Numbered from the stretch's first letter, positions 1 through 11,959 are shown. The stretch: 64,000 nucleotides of DNA from Eledone cirrhosa (GCA_964016885.1 OZ024741.1:48112001-48176000); one strand, 5' to 3'. Program-made: numbers and translations. The notes: generated from the sequence alone by a model not told the origin.

Positions 1-445
1 TGTTGTTGTTGGGATGTGTGTTGTATATGTGTGTGCGTATATTGTTACTTTTGTTTTTGTTTTTGTTTTTGAGGCTCCAGCGTAGTTTTGTAAATGATTT
101 TTCTATTTCTGACAGACAACTAATCATATTTACCTTCTTGAATGTCGCAAATTTCGGTGGTAGACGTAATACAGATAACTCATCGTCATCTATTACCGTG
201 TTGCCGTATATATTTGTATTGTTGTTGTTGTTGAACTCATCTGTTAATGAGGTGTCGGCCATATTTATACCGTCAATTTTGTCGGGATATCTATTGGTAT
301 TCTCTACAGTATCCTGATTTAGCTTTATCTGCTTAAGCCTCTTTAGTTTCTTGTTAAAGTGCTTATCACATTCTTGAGTAATGTACTGTTCTTCAGGATG
401 TATAAGGCTTATAAATATGCGCCACATCCGGGTGTCTGTGTGTGT
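1..445 (-). mobile_element. Penelope-like retroelement ORF fragment (region N-terminal to RT); runs off the window start
   Basis: Manual translation of the minus strand from 445 is open to position 1 (ATG at 427): MWRIFISLIHPEEQ...KKLKRLK...DDDELSVLRLPPKFATFKKVNMISCLSEIEKSFTKLRW. The E-x-x-VL-x-x-x-x-KF...IE...LRW pattern resembles the pre-RT region of Penelope-like elements. It is absent from the ORF track because no stop lies inside the window. Confidence 0.6.
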
Positions 446-1039
446 TTATGTTGTTTACTATTCTAGTGTTTAAACTTCTAAATAAAACCTCTCTCTACTC
501 ATTGTTGTGCTACTAATTGCTGATCATTATCCTTTTTTTCTCTATATGGATCCACATCATTTATCCCTACTGTTGTTCATCCCTTGCTTGTTGCTTTTGG
601 CATCTCTCTTGCTGTTATCTATTCAGCCCTCTACCAACAACCAGCATATAGCCCTATTGGTCTGTCTTTGCCACCACATTCATTTAACAACAGAAACTTC
701 TAACTCTTTTACAGCATCCCTTCTTCCTATTTTCCTTTTCTTTTTCATTTTTTTATACATAATCTGCCTCTCAATATCTATATTACTAAAGAAATATTTT
801 TCCCTTTAAAAATTTTTTTATTACTTGTCTCACTATCTCTTTTTGATTACTGTAATGAGTACTCGATACTTCCCCTAGTCTGTCATGGCTACTAGCTCTC
901 TACGGGCGTTTAAATTGATTAAATAAATTAATAACCATACAACCATGTCCACCTTAGCCATCACATCCCTCTCATTCTCACTCTTGATCAGGGCTACTTT
1001 TGAACAAGGCCAATCATTCTAATGTCCCTCTTAGGTAGC

Positions 1040-1677
1040 ACTGTCTATTATATATCCTGCCTTGGAACAAGGTGATGTCTCTAGTGATAATGCCACTATA
1101 AAAGTACTTAGCCTGCTACATAAAGTGGTTGGCTTTCAGTAGAGTGGTTTCTTTAGGTACATCATGGACATTACAATCTCTTTAATGATGATGCCTTGAT
1201 AAAATGAATCCTGTACACACTGTAAAAGGGTTTGCATTAGGAAAGGTATTGAGCTGGAAAAAAAGGGGCATATTCTTCCTTCATGGTCTTCATTTGGTTT
1301 TGATGATCATGGGAAGTTTGGATATCACTAACCTGTGACTGGTCCAGCATTCTGCCTCACACATAACCCTAACCCTAGAGACCAGAACATATTTTCTGTC
1401 AGTCTATACCATCATGAGGCAGACAATGATATGCCAGTACTTGGATCAAGAATGGTTGGTGATAGGAAAGGCAGTAAAAAGCTTGTTAAAGAAAGGGTTG
1501 GGAGGACCCTCAGTTGTGTCAAAGACATGACAACCTCGCCTGTGCATGACCATACATAAGTGAGATGACAGATACCTGGCTTGTCTCGGAGATCAGAAAT
1601 CACCACTTCAGTACTGACTTGGTCTATGTAGATCCTTGCTAGCAGGGAAAGTGGATGTTAAAACGATGATGATGATT
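1040..1677 (+). mobile_element. Cluster of degenerate RTE-related SINE / non-autonomous fragments
   Basis: Decayed copies of the 'taaagtggttgg...aggaaggg' module (~1121, ~1222, ~1452) and an RTE-type tail 'ccttgctagcagggaaagtggatgttaaaacgatgatgatgat' (~1634-1677). Confidence 0.55.
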
Positions 1678-1889
1678 TACTCTATCCACATTCCTTTTAT
1701 CTCAATTCTAGATCATGTATGCCTCCCAATCAGGTAGTTCCTTTAATGTCCCACATAGCCATCACTCATCATATATTCTCATCCTTTATCATGCTCGCCT
1801 GGAACTAAGTGTGGACTCTAGTGTCAGTGTCACTATAAAAGGCACTCAATACATTCCTTAAGTGATTGGCATGTGAAGGTAACAACAGA

Positions 1890-2022
1890 AAGACATACAG
1901 ATAAATAGATAGATAGACATAGAAAGATAGAGAGACTGACATACATAGATGTGTATATATATATATATATATATAGGCAGTTAAACGGATAGAAAGATGG
2001 ACAGACAGATATAGATAGATGA
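1890..2022. repeat. Compound GATA/GACA/TA microsatellite
   Basis: Visible degenerate (taga)n, (gaca)n and (ta)n runs. Confidence 0.8.
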
Positions 2023-2170
2023 AAGCCTTACGTAATGTTGGCATAATTACAGTTTAGTTCACATGTTGACTATTTCCATATAAATTCATACATTTTAATG
2101 AAATTTTGCAGTAGTATGTTTCTGAAGGCAGATATTATAATTATGATGAAATTGTATATTTTTATTTGCT

Positions 2171-2400
2171 TTAACCCTTCCACGGCCTAATTTCTAATGA
2201 ACTGCACTCTATTTTAATTAATTAAGAATTTTGTGGGATTTATTTTAATTATTATTTCATTACTAAGATAGTAACTTAATGTAAGGTTCTTATAAAAAAA
2301 ATATGTTGGAAGATTTCAATTTAAATTGGAAACCTTTAAAATGGGTGTATTTATTTCACAGAACCAGAGCCGGTTTTGGCCAGGCTGGTAACTAAAGGGT
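2171..2400. mobile_element. piggyBac-like MITE (degenerate)
   Basis: Left end 'ttaaccctt', right end 'ggtaactaaagggt'. TTAA-CCCT...AGGG termini around an AT-rich non-coding interior. Confidence 0.4.
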
Positions 2401-2589
2401 GGAATTTTAGTTTGTTATGATTGCTTGGAAATGAAGAAGGAAACATGATACTTTCATTATTGTTTTAGCACTTGATGCTACAGAATCAGTTCCATTCAAC
2501 TAAGCCAGTTAACTAAGTTAATGGCATTGAGAATATGCATACTGACTCTACCTATCTGACTCTTGAGAGAGTGATCAGCCTTGATTGTG

Positions 2590-2798
2590 GGCCTTTACCA
2601 TTTAAACTGGCTGTATCCAGCCAGAATTTTCTCACATCTTTCTGTTCAAACTGGCCATAACTGGCCACTCATACTAATGTTAAGTTATTGTTCTCAAAAT
2701 AAATAAAATTAAAATCTCAGATTCGATATTATGTGAGATAGTGTTTACTGTGAAAATACAATAATAAATGTAGAGTTATGTAAATGCTGAAGGGTTAA
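2590..2798. mobile_element. piggyBac-like MITE (degenerate)
   Basis: Right end 'aatgctgaagggttaa', left 'cctttaccatttaaactggc', with repeated internal 'aactggcc' motifs. Confidence 0.4.
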
Positions 2799-2809
2799 GA
2801 GAATTTGGT

Positions 2810-3105
2810 GGTGGGGATCCATGTGGTCTATCTTTAGCAGAGTCACTAGCTCCTTTGTTACAGTGCTTATATCATCATATGCTGTGGTTTTGGTTTTCTT
2901 GTATGTATTGGTGATGGTGTTAAGCAGGAGTCTTCTGGGTGTTTTAGAGTCTGTTACATACTTTTGTTTTCTCAGCCTAAATGTGTACACAAGAAATTAT
3001 TTGAGGTGTGGCATATTGTTTAGAGAATCTAAAAACTTTACCACAATATCCATTAACAGAAAGACTGACATAATGTTTTGCTGTTATCAGGGAAAATCCC
3101 TGTAA
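2810..3105 (-). mobile_element. Degenerate Penelope-like RT fragment
   Basis: Minus-strand pieces 'I*AEKTK' (cf. PADKT) and 'LLLNTITNTYKKTKTTAYDDISTVTKELVTLLKID' (ORF 2745..2990) resemble the PLE segment after the ADKT motif. Frameshifted. Confidence 0.4.
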
Positions 3106-3485
3106 ACCAATTTCAAGCCACTGGCCTCTGATATATGCTTAAAAAAACCACCTTAGACCTACCTGGTCCATGTGCATGTATAGGGTGGATAGCCCTCCTC
3201 TCCCTCAAACTAGCATATACACAAATACCAAAAGGACACCTAATTAAATCACACAGTAACATCAGATATGCAGGCTTCTGCTTCCAAATAATATCTTACT
3301 TTCTGATGTTGTCAATTTATCATTGTATGACTTCTTGCTACATCAAGCTACATGACTGTCTACATAGTCAGTAACTGAGAAAAACTGAGGTCACTGACCA
3401 TTCAACCTCATCACATGACCTGAACCAACCAATCAACAGGGACCTTTTATAACATTCTATGGAACACCACCATCTTTTTACACTT

Positions 3486-3600
3486 ATGATGGTCAGCTGA
3501 AAAAGTTCATAGGTTGACTATGAAGGAGTAATGCTAGAGCTGTGAAATCTTGCATGCATTAATTTCAACCCTTCTTATTAATACCTGCTTTGTTTCCATC
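3486..3600 (+). mobile_element. Mariner-type MITE fragment (left TIR plus body)
   Basis: 'tatgatggtcagctgaaaagttcataggttgac...gagctgtgaaatcttgca' is the same family as 9661-9788 and is the reverse complement of the TIR at 11448-11473. Confidence 0.55.
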
Positions 3601-3746
3601 TAATTTCAAGTATTTCAGTATTTTTTTAATACAACTCTTGCTCTCCTTGTGTATCAGATAGCCTTACCAATGTATTTCTATCTGTAGACAATAACAACAA
3701 TGTCTATCTACCTATTTACCTACCAACCTGTCTACACACACGCACA

Positions 3747-3901
3747 CACGGTGTCCCCCCAAAAATATATACACACTTTGATTACCTTTACAGGCAATAT
3801 TTATTAGAATGCTGTTGAAATGTGTATACATATGCAGGGTGTCCCTCCCAAAATGTATACATATTTCAATAGGGTGTATACATTTTTTGGGACACCCTGT
3901 A
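3747..3901. mobile_element. Tc1/mariner-type MITE
   Basis: TIRs 'cacggtgtccccccaaaaatatatacac' and 'gtgtatacattttttgggacaccctg-TA', with a second internal TIR copy 'cagggtgtccctcccaaaatgtatac' at ~3835. Confidence 0.6.
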
Positions 3902-3910
3902 TATATATAT

Positions 3911-4300
3911 GAAGGTGCATGGCTTAGTAGTTAGAGCATTGGGCTTGCAATCGAAAGGTTGTGAGTTCAATTCTCAGACCGGGTGATGTGTTGTTTCCTT
4001 GAGCAAGACACTTTATTTCATATTGCTCCAGTTTACTCAGCTGTAGAAATGAGATGATAGGGACTGGGGTCCCTATCATTCCACTGCAAAGTGGTCGTGG
4101 AGGTGCCACGGCAAAAAAAGCATCCATCACTCACTGTAAATGAGGTTGGTGTTAGGAAGGGCATCCAGCTGTAGAAATCAAGCCAGAATCAGTTCCCGTA
4201 TGAACAAGACATGGTCACCTGACCTGGCATTGCCCACAACAGGACAACCCGTCTAACCCATGCTAGCATGGAAGAACGAACGTAAAATGGTGATGATGAT
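3911..4300 (+). mobile_element. Full-length tRNA-derived SINE with RTE family-B tail
   Basis: A box 'tggcttagtag', B box 'gagttcaattct', CORE-like 'ttccttgagcaagacactt', RTE-UTR module 'ggttggtgttaggaagggcatccagctgtagaaa', and a 3' tail ending in (GAT)n that is shared with the LINE at 34358. Confidence 0.85.
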
Positions 4301-4628
4301 ACCACCGCCATCCACCACCACAACCATAACCACCATCCACCACCACCGTCATCACCACCATCACTGACACCATCCACCACCTTCACCACCACCACTACTA
4401 CTGCCACCGCCACCATCACTAGCACCATCCACCACCATCACTGACACCATCCACCACTACCACCACCACCATCACTGACACCATCCACCACCATCACCAT
4501 GACTGACACCACCCACCACCACCATCACTGACACCATCCACCACCATCACCATCACTGACACCACCCACCACCACCATCACTGACACCATCCACCACCAC
4601 CATCATTCACCACCACCGCCACCACCAG
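4301..4628. repeat. CAC/CAT-rich minisatellite (recurring 'caccatcactgacaccatccac')
   Basis: Direct inspection; it begins immediately after the SINE (GAT)n tail. Confidence 0.85.
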
Positions 4629-4751
4629 TGTAAAGCAAACAATTATTATTATTATTAATATTATATAAAAACTGAACTGGACTGGGAAAAGTCAACAGTT
4701 GACATGATTTTGATTTTGTATCAGTACTGCCGGTAATATATGTGTATAAGT

Positions 4752-4782
4752 GGTGTGTGTGTGTTTGTATGCATGAGTGTTG

Positions 4783-4816
<34 letters not shown>

Positions 4817-4853
4817 CGTGTCAATAAGTGTTTTTTTTTTGTTGTTTTTTTTT
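4752..4853. repeat. (GT)n microsatellite and poly-T
   Basis: Direct inspection. Confidence 0.85.
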
Positions 4854-4854
4854 A

Positions 4855-7800
4855 GGACCATGCTGTAAAATGGAGGGGTAGAGAGGGCTCTTGAGTCTAG
4901 GAAGACATCCTCTCTAGTGCTGGTGGCACAAATAAAAGCACCCAGTCCATGCTGTAAAGTGGCGCTGGTGTTAGGAAGGGCATCCAACCAGTGTATCAAT
5001 GCCAAAACGATTAGCAGCACAGCAACAAATAGATAGGAACAAAAACAAAATATGAAGACGTCGCATCTGAGTTGCAACACTTAATGTTGGTACTCTCAGA
5101 GGTAGATCTGCTGGAGAGAAGGCATGTGGATGTGTGCTGCGTGCAAGAGGTGAGATGGAGAGGTGCCTCTGTGAGACTAGTCGTAGGCAAACATCTTAGC
5201 TATAAGCTTTTCTGGGTAGGTAAGGATGATGGGTTAGGGGGAGTAGGCATTTTCCTGGCTGAGAGATGGATCAATAAGACAATAGAGGTAGTTCAAGTTA
5301 GTAATCAAATAATTAAGGTTAGATTAGTTGTAGGCAGGAGACTATTGACAATCATCTCTGCCTATGCTCCCCAATCAGGCCTAGGCAATGATGAGAAAGA
5401 CTGCTTTTACAAGCAACTTTTACAAACAACCGCAATGACAGAGGACGGAGACATCGTTATGCTAGCAGGGGACTTCAACGGTCATGTTGGACAGCTCCAG
5501 GATGGTTACACTGGGGTACATGGTGGGCACGGTTACGGCTCAAGAAATGAAGGAGTGAGACTTCTTGAATTTTGTGATGCATGTACACTGACTATTTGCA
5601 ACACAAACTTCCAGAAACCTGCCAATCACCTAATAACCTACAAATCTGGTGAGCACATAAGCCAGATTGACTTCTTACTAGTTATGCAGCGGGACAGGCA
5701 GAGGCAGTGGGACAGGCAGATGGTGTCAAATACCAAGGCATACCCTGGGGGAGAATGTACCCCAGAGCATAGGTTAGTCGTTAGTGATATCTCAGTAAGC
5801 AAGAGATGGAATGAGACATACAGGAAGGTGTGGAGAAGAAAGGTCTGGAAGCTAAAAGACCTTTCACTAAAATACAAATTTAGGAAAGCCCTTCAAGATG
5901 TATATGACGAAAAAGAAGACGATTTAGAGACGTATGACATAGATAATAACTGGAATTTCTTACGTGACAACTTACTGCAGGCTCCTGATTAAACTTGTGG
6001 CTGGAGCAGAGCTCCAACCAGACAGAGTGACCTGGTGGTGGAACAGCACAGTAGATAAGGCCATTAGAGACAAAAGACTAGCATGGAAGGCTTGGAAAAT
6101 GGGTGGGAGTAGGGAAGAGAGAAGCTAGATGTCAGGTGTACTTAGCACGCAGGGAGGCTGAGAGTAGGAGTTTTGCCAATGTTCTGTGACGGGAAGATCA
6201 GAGGCGTGCGGTGTTCCACATTGCAAGGCAGTGTGTCAATGCAAATCAGGATGTTGTTGGAGATAAATGTGTCCGGAATGATGCCGGTGTACTTAGTGTC
6301 ACGAATGATCAGAAAAAGGAGGCCTGGAAATGTCATTATGAGAGACTGATGAATGTGGAGAACGAATGGGAGAGAGAGAAATTACCCTTAGTAGATCCGA
6401 CAGAGGGACCAGCTATTGAGATTGACGAATATAGGGTCCAAGAGGCAATTAAGGAAATGAAAAATGGTAAGGCTGCTGGACCATCGGGAATAGTTGCTGA
6501 GATGCTGAAGGCATCAGGGGACGTAGGCACTAAACTGGTTGCACTCATCATCAATCAGGCTATATATGATGGTGTCATACCTAAAGACTGGTGCAGCAGT
6601 ATTCTCATAAATTGCTACAAAGGTAAAGGGGATGCTCTGGAGAGGAGCAATTATAGGGGTATAAAACTGATGGATCAGGTTATGAAAGTGGCAGAAAGGA
6701 TATTAGCACAACTAATTAAAGAAAGGGTCAAACTAGATGAGATGCAGTTTGGTTTTGTACAACAGATGCACTCTCCTTGGTGAGACAATTGCAAGAGAGG
6801 TTCTTAGAGAAAAATAAGCCACTATACTTAGCCTTTGTTGACCTAGAGAAGGCCTTTGATAGGGTACCCCGATCTGTCATCTGGTGGTCCTTAAGGAAAC
6901 TAGGTGTTGAGGAATGGCTTGTGAGGACAGTGCAAACTTTGTACAGAGGTACTCTCAGTAAAGTCAGGGTAGGAATGGAGTTTAGTGAGGAATTCCAGAT
7001 ACAAGTAGGAGTACATCAAGGTTCAGTCCTCAGTCTGCTCTTGTTCATTATAGTCCTCCAAGCCATAACAGAGGAGTTTAAGACTGGCTGTCCATAGGAT
7101 CTTCTCTATGCTGATGATCTGGTTCTTATAGCAGAATCAGTAGAGGAGCTAGAGAATAAATTCTGGCTATGGAAACAGCAGTTGGAAGCAATAGGACTGA
7201 GAGTAAATCTAGCTAAGACAAAAGTGTTGATGAGTAGAAAAGAGGACAAAACCCTGATTCCGTCAGGGAAATGGCCATGTTCGATATGCAGAAAAGGAAC
7301 TGGCATAAATTCTATAAAATGCACACAATGCAGGTCCTGGGTACACAAGAGATGTAGCGGGATAGCAGGCAAACTAACAGGTAGGGAGAAATATGTATGC
7401 AGTAGATGTACAGGGAAATTAGACAGTTGAAGTCGCATTGATAGACACATTTTTCAAATGCAGGAGGGTGCTATAAAAGTGGTGGATAGCTTCCGGTACC
7501 TAGGAGATCAGATTAGCATGGGAGGGGGGAGGGGGGGTTCCGAGGCCATAGTATCTAGAATAAGGATGGGTTGGAAGAAGTTTAGGGAGGGTTTCTCCCT
7601 GCGTACGAAAGGTCGGTTATATGATGACTGTGTGCGGAGCGCGATGCTGCATGGTAGTGAGACATGGGCAGCAACTGCAGAGGATATGCGACGGCTGGAG
7701 AGAAATGAGGCAAGCATGCTCCGTTGGATGTGCAGTGTAAACGTGCGTGAACGACCTAGCATGAATGTGTTGAGAGAGAAACTGTGTCTGAGAGGGATAG

Positions 7801-8054
7801 ACTGTAGTGTACGGGAGAGGAGACTGAGGTGGTATGGACATGTGATGTGCATGGAGGATGTCAGTTGAAGGAAGACGTGGTAGAGGTAGACCACGAAAAA
7901 CATGGGCGGAGGTGGTGAGAACAGACCTCACATTGTTGAAGCTCACGGTGGAGATGAAGATAGACCGTGATGAGTGGAGAGATGCTGTGCTGAATAAGAC
8001 CTGTCCCACCCTTGCAAGCAGGGAAGAGCGACGTAAAATGATGATGATGATGAT
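4855..8054 (+). mobile_element. RTE-clade LINE (family A), near full length, decayed
   Basis: 5' UTR module at ~4950-4990. APE endonuclease (CVQEVRW, SAYAPQ, GDFNGHVG, SQIDF, 'PEH' at the SDH site), RT (GKAAGPSG, NYRGIKL, FVDLEKAFD, GVHQGSVLS, YADD at ~7107), C4HC3 finger, C-terminal RLRWYGHV...GRPRKTW and a (GAT)n tail. Confidence 0.95.
5072..8010 (+). pseudogene. RTE endonuclease-reverse transcriptase ORF broken by stops and frameshifts
   Basis: ORF pieces 5072-5992, 6211-6783, 6777-7097, 7182-7430, 7458-7868 and 7858-8058 are collinear parts of one RTE protein. Confidence 0.9.
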
Positions 8055-9479
8055 ATGAATGTATCTATATATCTTGTACAATGATAACAACAAAACCACA
8101 CACTGACAATCCACAGGGTTGTTGTTATTGTATATGACAGTTGTTTTTGTTGCTGTTATTGCAGTGTATATAGTAGCTAATATTACTATGGCGGAATAAA
8201 ATGAATGTAAAATGAAATTCTACGATGGCCAGAATGACAGGAAAACTTGAAGATTCAAACATCTTCACATAGAATGGTGTATTCATGGAATTATTAAATT
8301 AAATATATTTTACTATATACACTGTCATTTTTACAGGTACTATGCTAATGTACACACACGGACGCACGCACACACACACGCACGCGCGCGGTGCAGCCGA
8401 AAAGCCTCATATATTTTACACATTCAACACTTAAAATGAGGGAGGTATTTTTCTCGTGCCCTATGTATGTGTACATATATATATAGCGAGTATTTGATTG
8501 TTGTGTTGGTAGTTGATTGTGTTGTGGTGTTGATTCATTTGTTGCGTGTGTACTCCCTTGTAGCTTGCTGTGTTGTGTGGTCACTGTTGTGTGACCAGAG
8601 GTTACATGTGTGCAGGTAAGTGAGTAAGTGTTCAATAAGATGATGATGAAATGATAGTTCCTTGATTCTGCAGAAAATGAATATATATAAATGAACCACA
8701 ATAACACCAAACCACTATATTATTAATTTATTGAAAATAGCTCACTTCGAAGCTATATGAAAAATACGCAAGAATTATGGATGTTAGTTTGTTTGTTTAT
8801 AAAAGTTGAGTTAAAGTATTTACCAATAAAACTTCATGAACTCACTGGCTTGATTGAGCGAGAGACCAAGAGATAGAGATTGAATGAAAGAGAGAGAGTA
8901 AGAGTATGTAAGACACCAAGGGGTCTGTAGAAGGCAATAGTTTTACTTGTTTACTCTATCAAAAACCTCTCCGAACTACTGCAGGCCTGATCTAAAGCAG
9001 GCTATTTATCTATGCCGCTTCCCCTGTCTCCAAGACTTGAGAACATATGGCTGACCACTAGAGGTCATCCACTCTCAGACCTGTTGACAACCGAAAGGAG
9101 ATAACCCAGAAAATGTCACCCAGAGGTCAAGGTGTAGACAAATTTCACTACATATAGAAGAAACAGAATATTACTTATTTTGTTTGTAAAACAATGTCAA
9201 TTGCTAGTTCAGTTGTATAGAAAGTGAGGATTTGAGAAAAAGTTGATAAATGAAATTTAGAAATAAACATACATTTTCTATATGTATGTTCCATTTGTCA
9301 AAATGGAACAAGAAAAAGTGAAAGTAAAACAATATTTTACAAATGCTATAAGCACATTTTTCATTAATAAGTTCCTGTATTGAAAAAAATACATTAAACA
9401 ATCAGCATACACTCTCTCTCATTCTTCTTCTATTACACTGAGAATATTTTTGGTGTTCTAATTATTATTATTTCTACAA

Positions 9480-9660
9480 TAGGCATAAGCCAGGCAATTT
9501 GGAGGGAGCAGAAAGTGCATTACTGGTACTTTATTTAATTGACCCCTGTAAGGATGAAAGGCAAAGCTAACCTCGGTGGGATTTTAACTCAGAATGTAAG
9601 GAAATGTAACTCTATGCCGCGAAGTATGTTATCCAACTCTCTACCAATTCTGCCAATCCT
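9480..9660 (-). mobile_element. tRNA-derived SINE with Meta-like core
   Basis: Reverse complement contains B-box-like 'ctgagttaaaatcc' and 'tttgcctttcatccttacaggggtcaattaaataaagtaccag'. Same family as 10205, 12602 and 12801. Confidence 0.7.
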
Positions 9661-9788
9661 TACAAGGGTCGGCTGAGAAGTTCAAGGAGTGATGTTGGAG
9701 CTGTGAAATCTTGCAGGCTTTAATTTCATAATTGTCATGCCATAAGAGTATTTTGGTCAGCCTATGAACTTTTCAGCAGGTTCTCATA
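9661..9788. mobile_element. Short mariner-type MITE with both TIRs
   Basis: 'TAcaagggtcggctgagaagttca' ... 'tgaacttttcagcaggttctcaTA' are imperfect inverted termini with TA flanks. Confidence 0.6.
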
Positions 9789-9825
9789 TATTGATAGTCT
9801 CTCTCTCCCACATTTATGTATATAT

Positions 9826-9995
9826 ACACTGTAAATGTGGTTGGTGTTAGGAAGGGCATCCAGATGTAAAAATCCTTGCCAAAATACAGTTCTGTCTGAG
9901 CAACATTATGGCACAGCTAGCTAGCCAGACTTATCTCATGTTGTGGGTGACCTATGCAAGTATGGAAAAATAGACGTTAAACGATGATGATGATA
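9826..9995 (+). mobile_element. 5'-truncated RTE-related SINE/LINE 3' end
   Basis: 'cactgtaaatgtggttggtgttaggaagggcatccag' ... 'gacgttaaacgatgatgatgat'. Confidence 0.7.
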
Positions 9996-10204
9996 TGATT
10001 AATAAATGCTCAATTCCTCTGCTCAACTGATGAATTATCTAATTTTCTACATTGTCAGTAAGTGAGAAGACCTGATATTGCTATCCAGTCAACACCAGCA
10101 ATAGAAACCTTTCATAACAGGTTTTGCAGCTACATTGCCATTTCATGTTTTACACCAAACAAAATCACTTATAATGGATGAATAAGTCAAACAATTCATT
10201 ATCC

Positions 10205-10360
10205 AGGAAGGTTGCAAATTGGAAGAGCCATTACAATGTTGGATAGAATACTTTGTGGTATTCGTTTCAGCTCTCTGAGTTCAAATTCCACCCAAGTCAA
10301 CTTTGCCTTTCATCCAATCAAGGTTGATAAAAAAAGTACCAGTCAAGTACTGGGGTTGAT
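10205..10360 (+). mobile_element. tRNA-derived SINE with Meta-like core (degenerate)
   Basis: 'ctgagttcaaattccacccaagtcaactttgcctttcatcc...gataaaaaaagtaccag'. Confidence 0.7.
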
Positions 10361-10699
10361 TCTTCCTCTATATCTCTTTCTCACTTCCATTCTCTCACTC
10401 TCTCTATCCTTCTCTGGAAGAAATCTGCTGTATTTAGACCTGGAGAGGATTGGGCTCCACTAGGTTTAAAAATGCCCTAGACACCTTCATTAATTACAGG
10501 ACCATGTATGCATATTATCCAGGGGACCATTTGGTGCATTTCATTCTTGAGTAAGACTTTTCATTTCACATTATTCATGAAACTACTGGCAGCCCTATCA
10601 ATAAAACACCCCAAAAGCCTCCTATGAAATGCAATATAATTGGAAGCCAGCCAAACCTGCCTAGGTGAGAACCATTTTTTTAAAATTTGATATATATTG

Positions 10700-10810
10700 T
10701 CTAACTCATGCCAGCATGGATAAACAGACGTTAAATAATGATGATGATGATGATATATCATCATCATCAACATTGGTTTTTCATCTATTTTTCCATGCTG
10801 GCATGGCTTG
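10700..10810. mobile_element. Two RTE-type 3' tails joined tail-to-tail
   Basis: Plus strand 'catgccagcatggataaacagacgttaaataatgatgatgatgat' followed through 'atat' by minus strand 'atcatcatcatcaacattgg...ttccatgctggcatgg'. Confidence 0.65.
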
Positions 10811-10964
10811 TATGTGGCAGTTTGGGGCAGTATTCTATGGTCATAAGCATTTTTTATTCATTTAACTGCTGAGCTGCATAATCTGTTTACACAGATTGTA
10901 AACAAATATCACTGCCTGCAATGTCAAAATTTAAAGTGAAAAGATAAATAGATGCACTCGTACA

Positions 10965-11135
10965 AATACACACACACACATACATACACACATACCCCCC
11001 CCCCCCGCCTCCCACTCACTCACTCTCACTCACACTCACTCACACTCACTCACACACACACTCACACATATGCACACACACCCACACACACACGCACGCA
11101 CATACACACTCTCACATACACACTCTCACACTCAT
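10965..11135. repeat. (CA)/(CACT)-rich microsatellite
   Basis: Direct inspection. Confidence 0.85.
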
Positions 11136-11264
11136 ACTAAACCGAGTCAGTACTTAGTTACTGACATCTCAGATTGGCCAGGGGCCTGCATCTCACTTAC
11201 ATGTGTTCCCACTCACTATCATGTTCTTGTGTAAGCTATAGGTTCGTAACTCACAAAACATTTC

Positions 11265-11473
11265 CACACTCTACCAAGTGCATTTTATCAAGGCACCAAC
11301 ACCAGTGAGGTTATGTTTTTGACACAGCTGAAGAGTTCTCCAGACACTTTGTTTGGCAGGTTTCCTGCAGCTGGATGCTGTTCTTATTTCCAACCACTTT
11401 ACAATGTGTATTGGTGCATTTATCATGTAGATCAACATTAGGGAAGTTATGAACTTTTCAGCTGACCCTCATA
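11265..11473 (-). mobile_element. Degenerate RTE-related SINE fragment followed by a mariner MITE right TIR
   Basis: 'ggcaggtttcctgcagctggatgctgttcttatttccaaccactttaca' is the reverse complement of the RTE-UTR module. 'tatgaacttttcagctgaccctcata' is a TIR. Confidence 0.5.
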
Positions 11474-11795
11474 TATTTTTGTTTATGATGTGTGTGTGTA
11501 TGTTTATTAACCACCTTTCTTAGTGAAGAATTCTATATTCTGCTATTAGATCCATGTTGTCAATAATGACTGCAATAGCATTGGATGTATTTAATTTTTG
11601 GTATTCCATATATGCTAGCATTATTGGATACATGAACAAACAAACTGGGAAATTGGTTTTGATAATTTAGTGGTTTACATTAGCAAAATCCTAAGCTAAA
11701 ATTCTATCTAAAAGACCAACTATTTTCTTTAGAGCTAGAAATTACATTTGCCTATAACAAGTTCTGATCTTTTACAAAGCTCAGGTAAGATGCAT

Positions 11796-11865
11796 ATCAT
11801 CATCATCATCATCATCATCATCGTTTAACGTCCGTGTTCCACGCTTGCATGGGTTTGGACGGTAT
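11796..11865 (-). mobile_element. RTE family-C 3' tail fragment
   Basis: (CAT)n 'cgtttaacgtccgtgttccacgcttgcatgggtttggacgg', matching the tail at 29546. Confidence 0.8.
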
Positions 11866-11959
11866 AATGGACTAATACTCCATTTGAGATGGTGCTGCTG
11901 CCACACACTCAAATATTCTAGACCACATCCAGAAAAAAAGGTCACTGATCTGATGGGCA

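Noticed and set aside
1365-1378. Telomeric repeat (taaccctaacccta); also TTAG in the satellite monomer
   Set aside because: Only about two units, and the monomer has TTAGTT rather than TTAGGG.
3911-3985. tRNA gene
   Set aside because: A and B boxes are present but the stems pair poorly and the sequence continues into a SINE body and tail; it is a SINE head.
4189-4824. Low-complexity ORFs (poly-V/G/W, HT repeats); similar ones at 10952 and 12048
   Set aside because: They are microsatellite translations.
11720-11790. Possible host exon (tttctttag ... cag|gtaaga)
   Set aside because: There are stops in all three frames and no partner exons; unsupported without RNA data.
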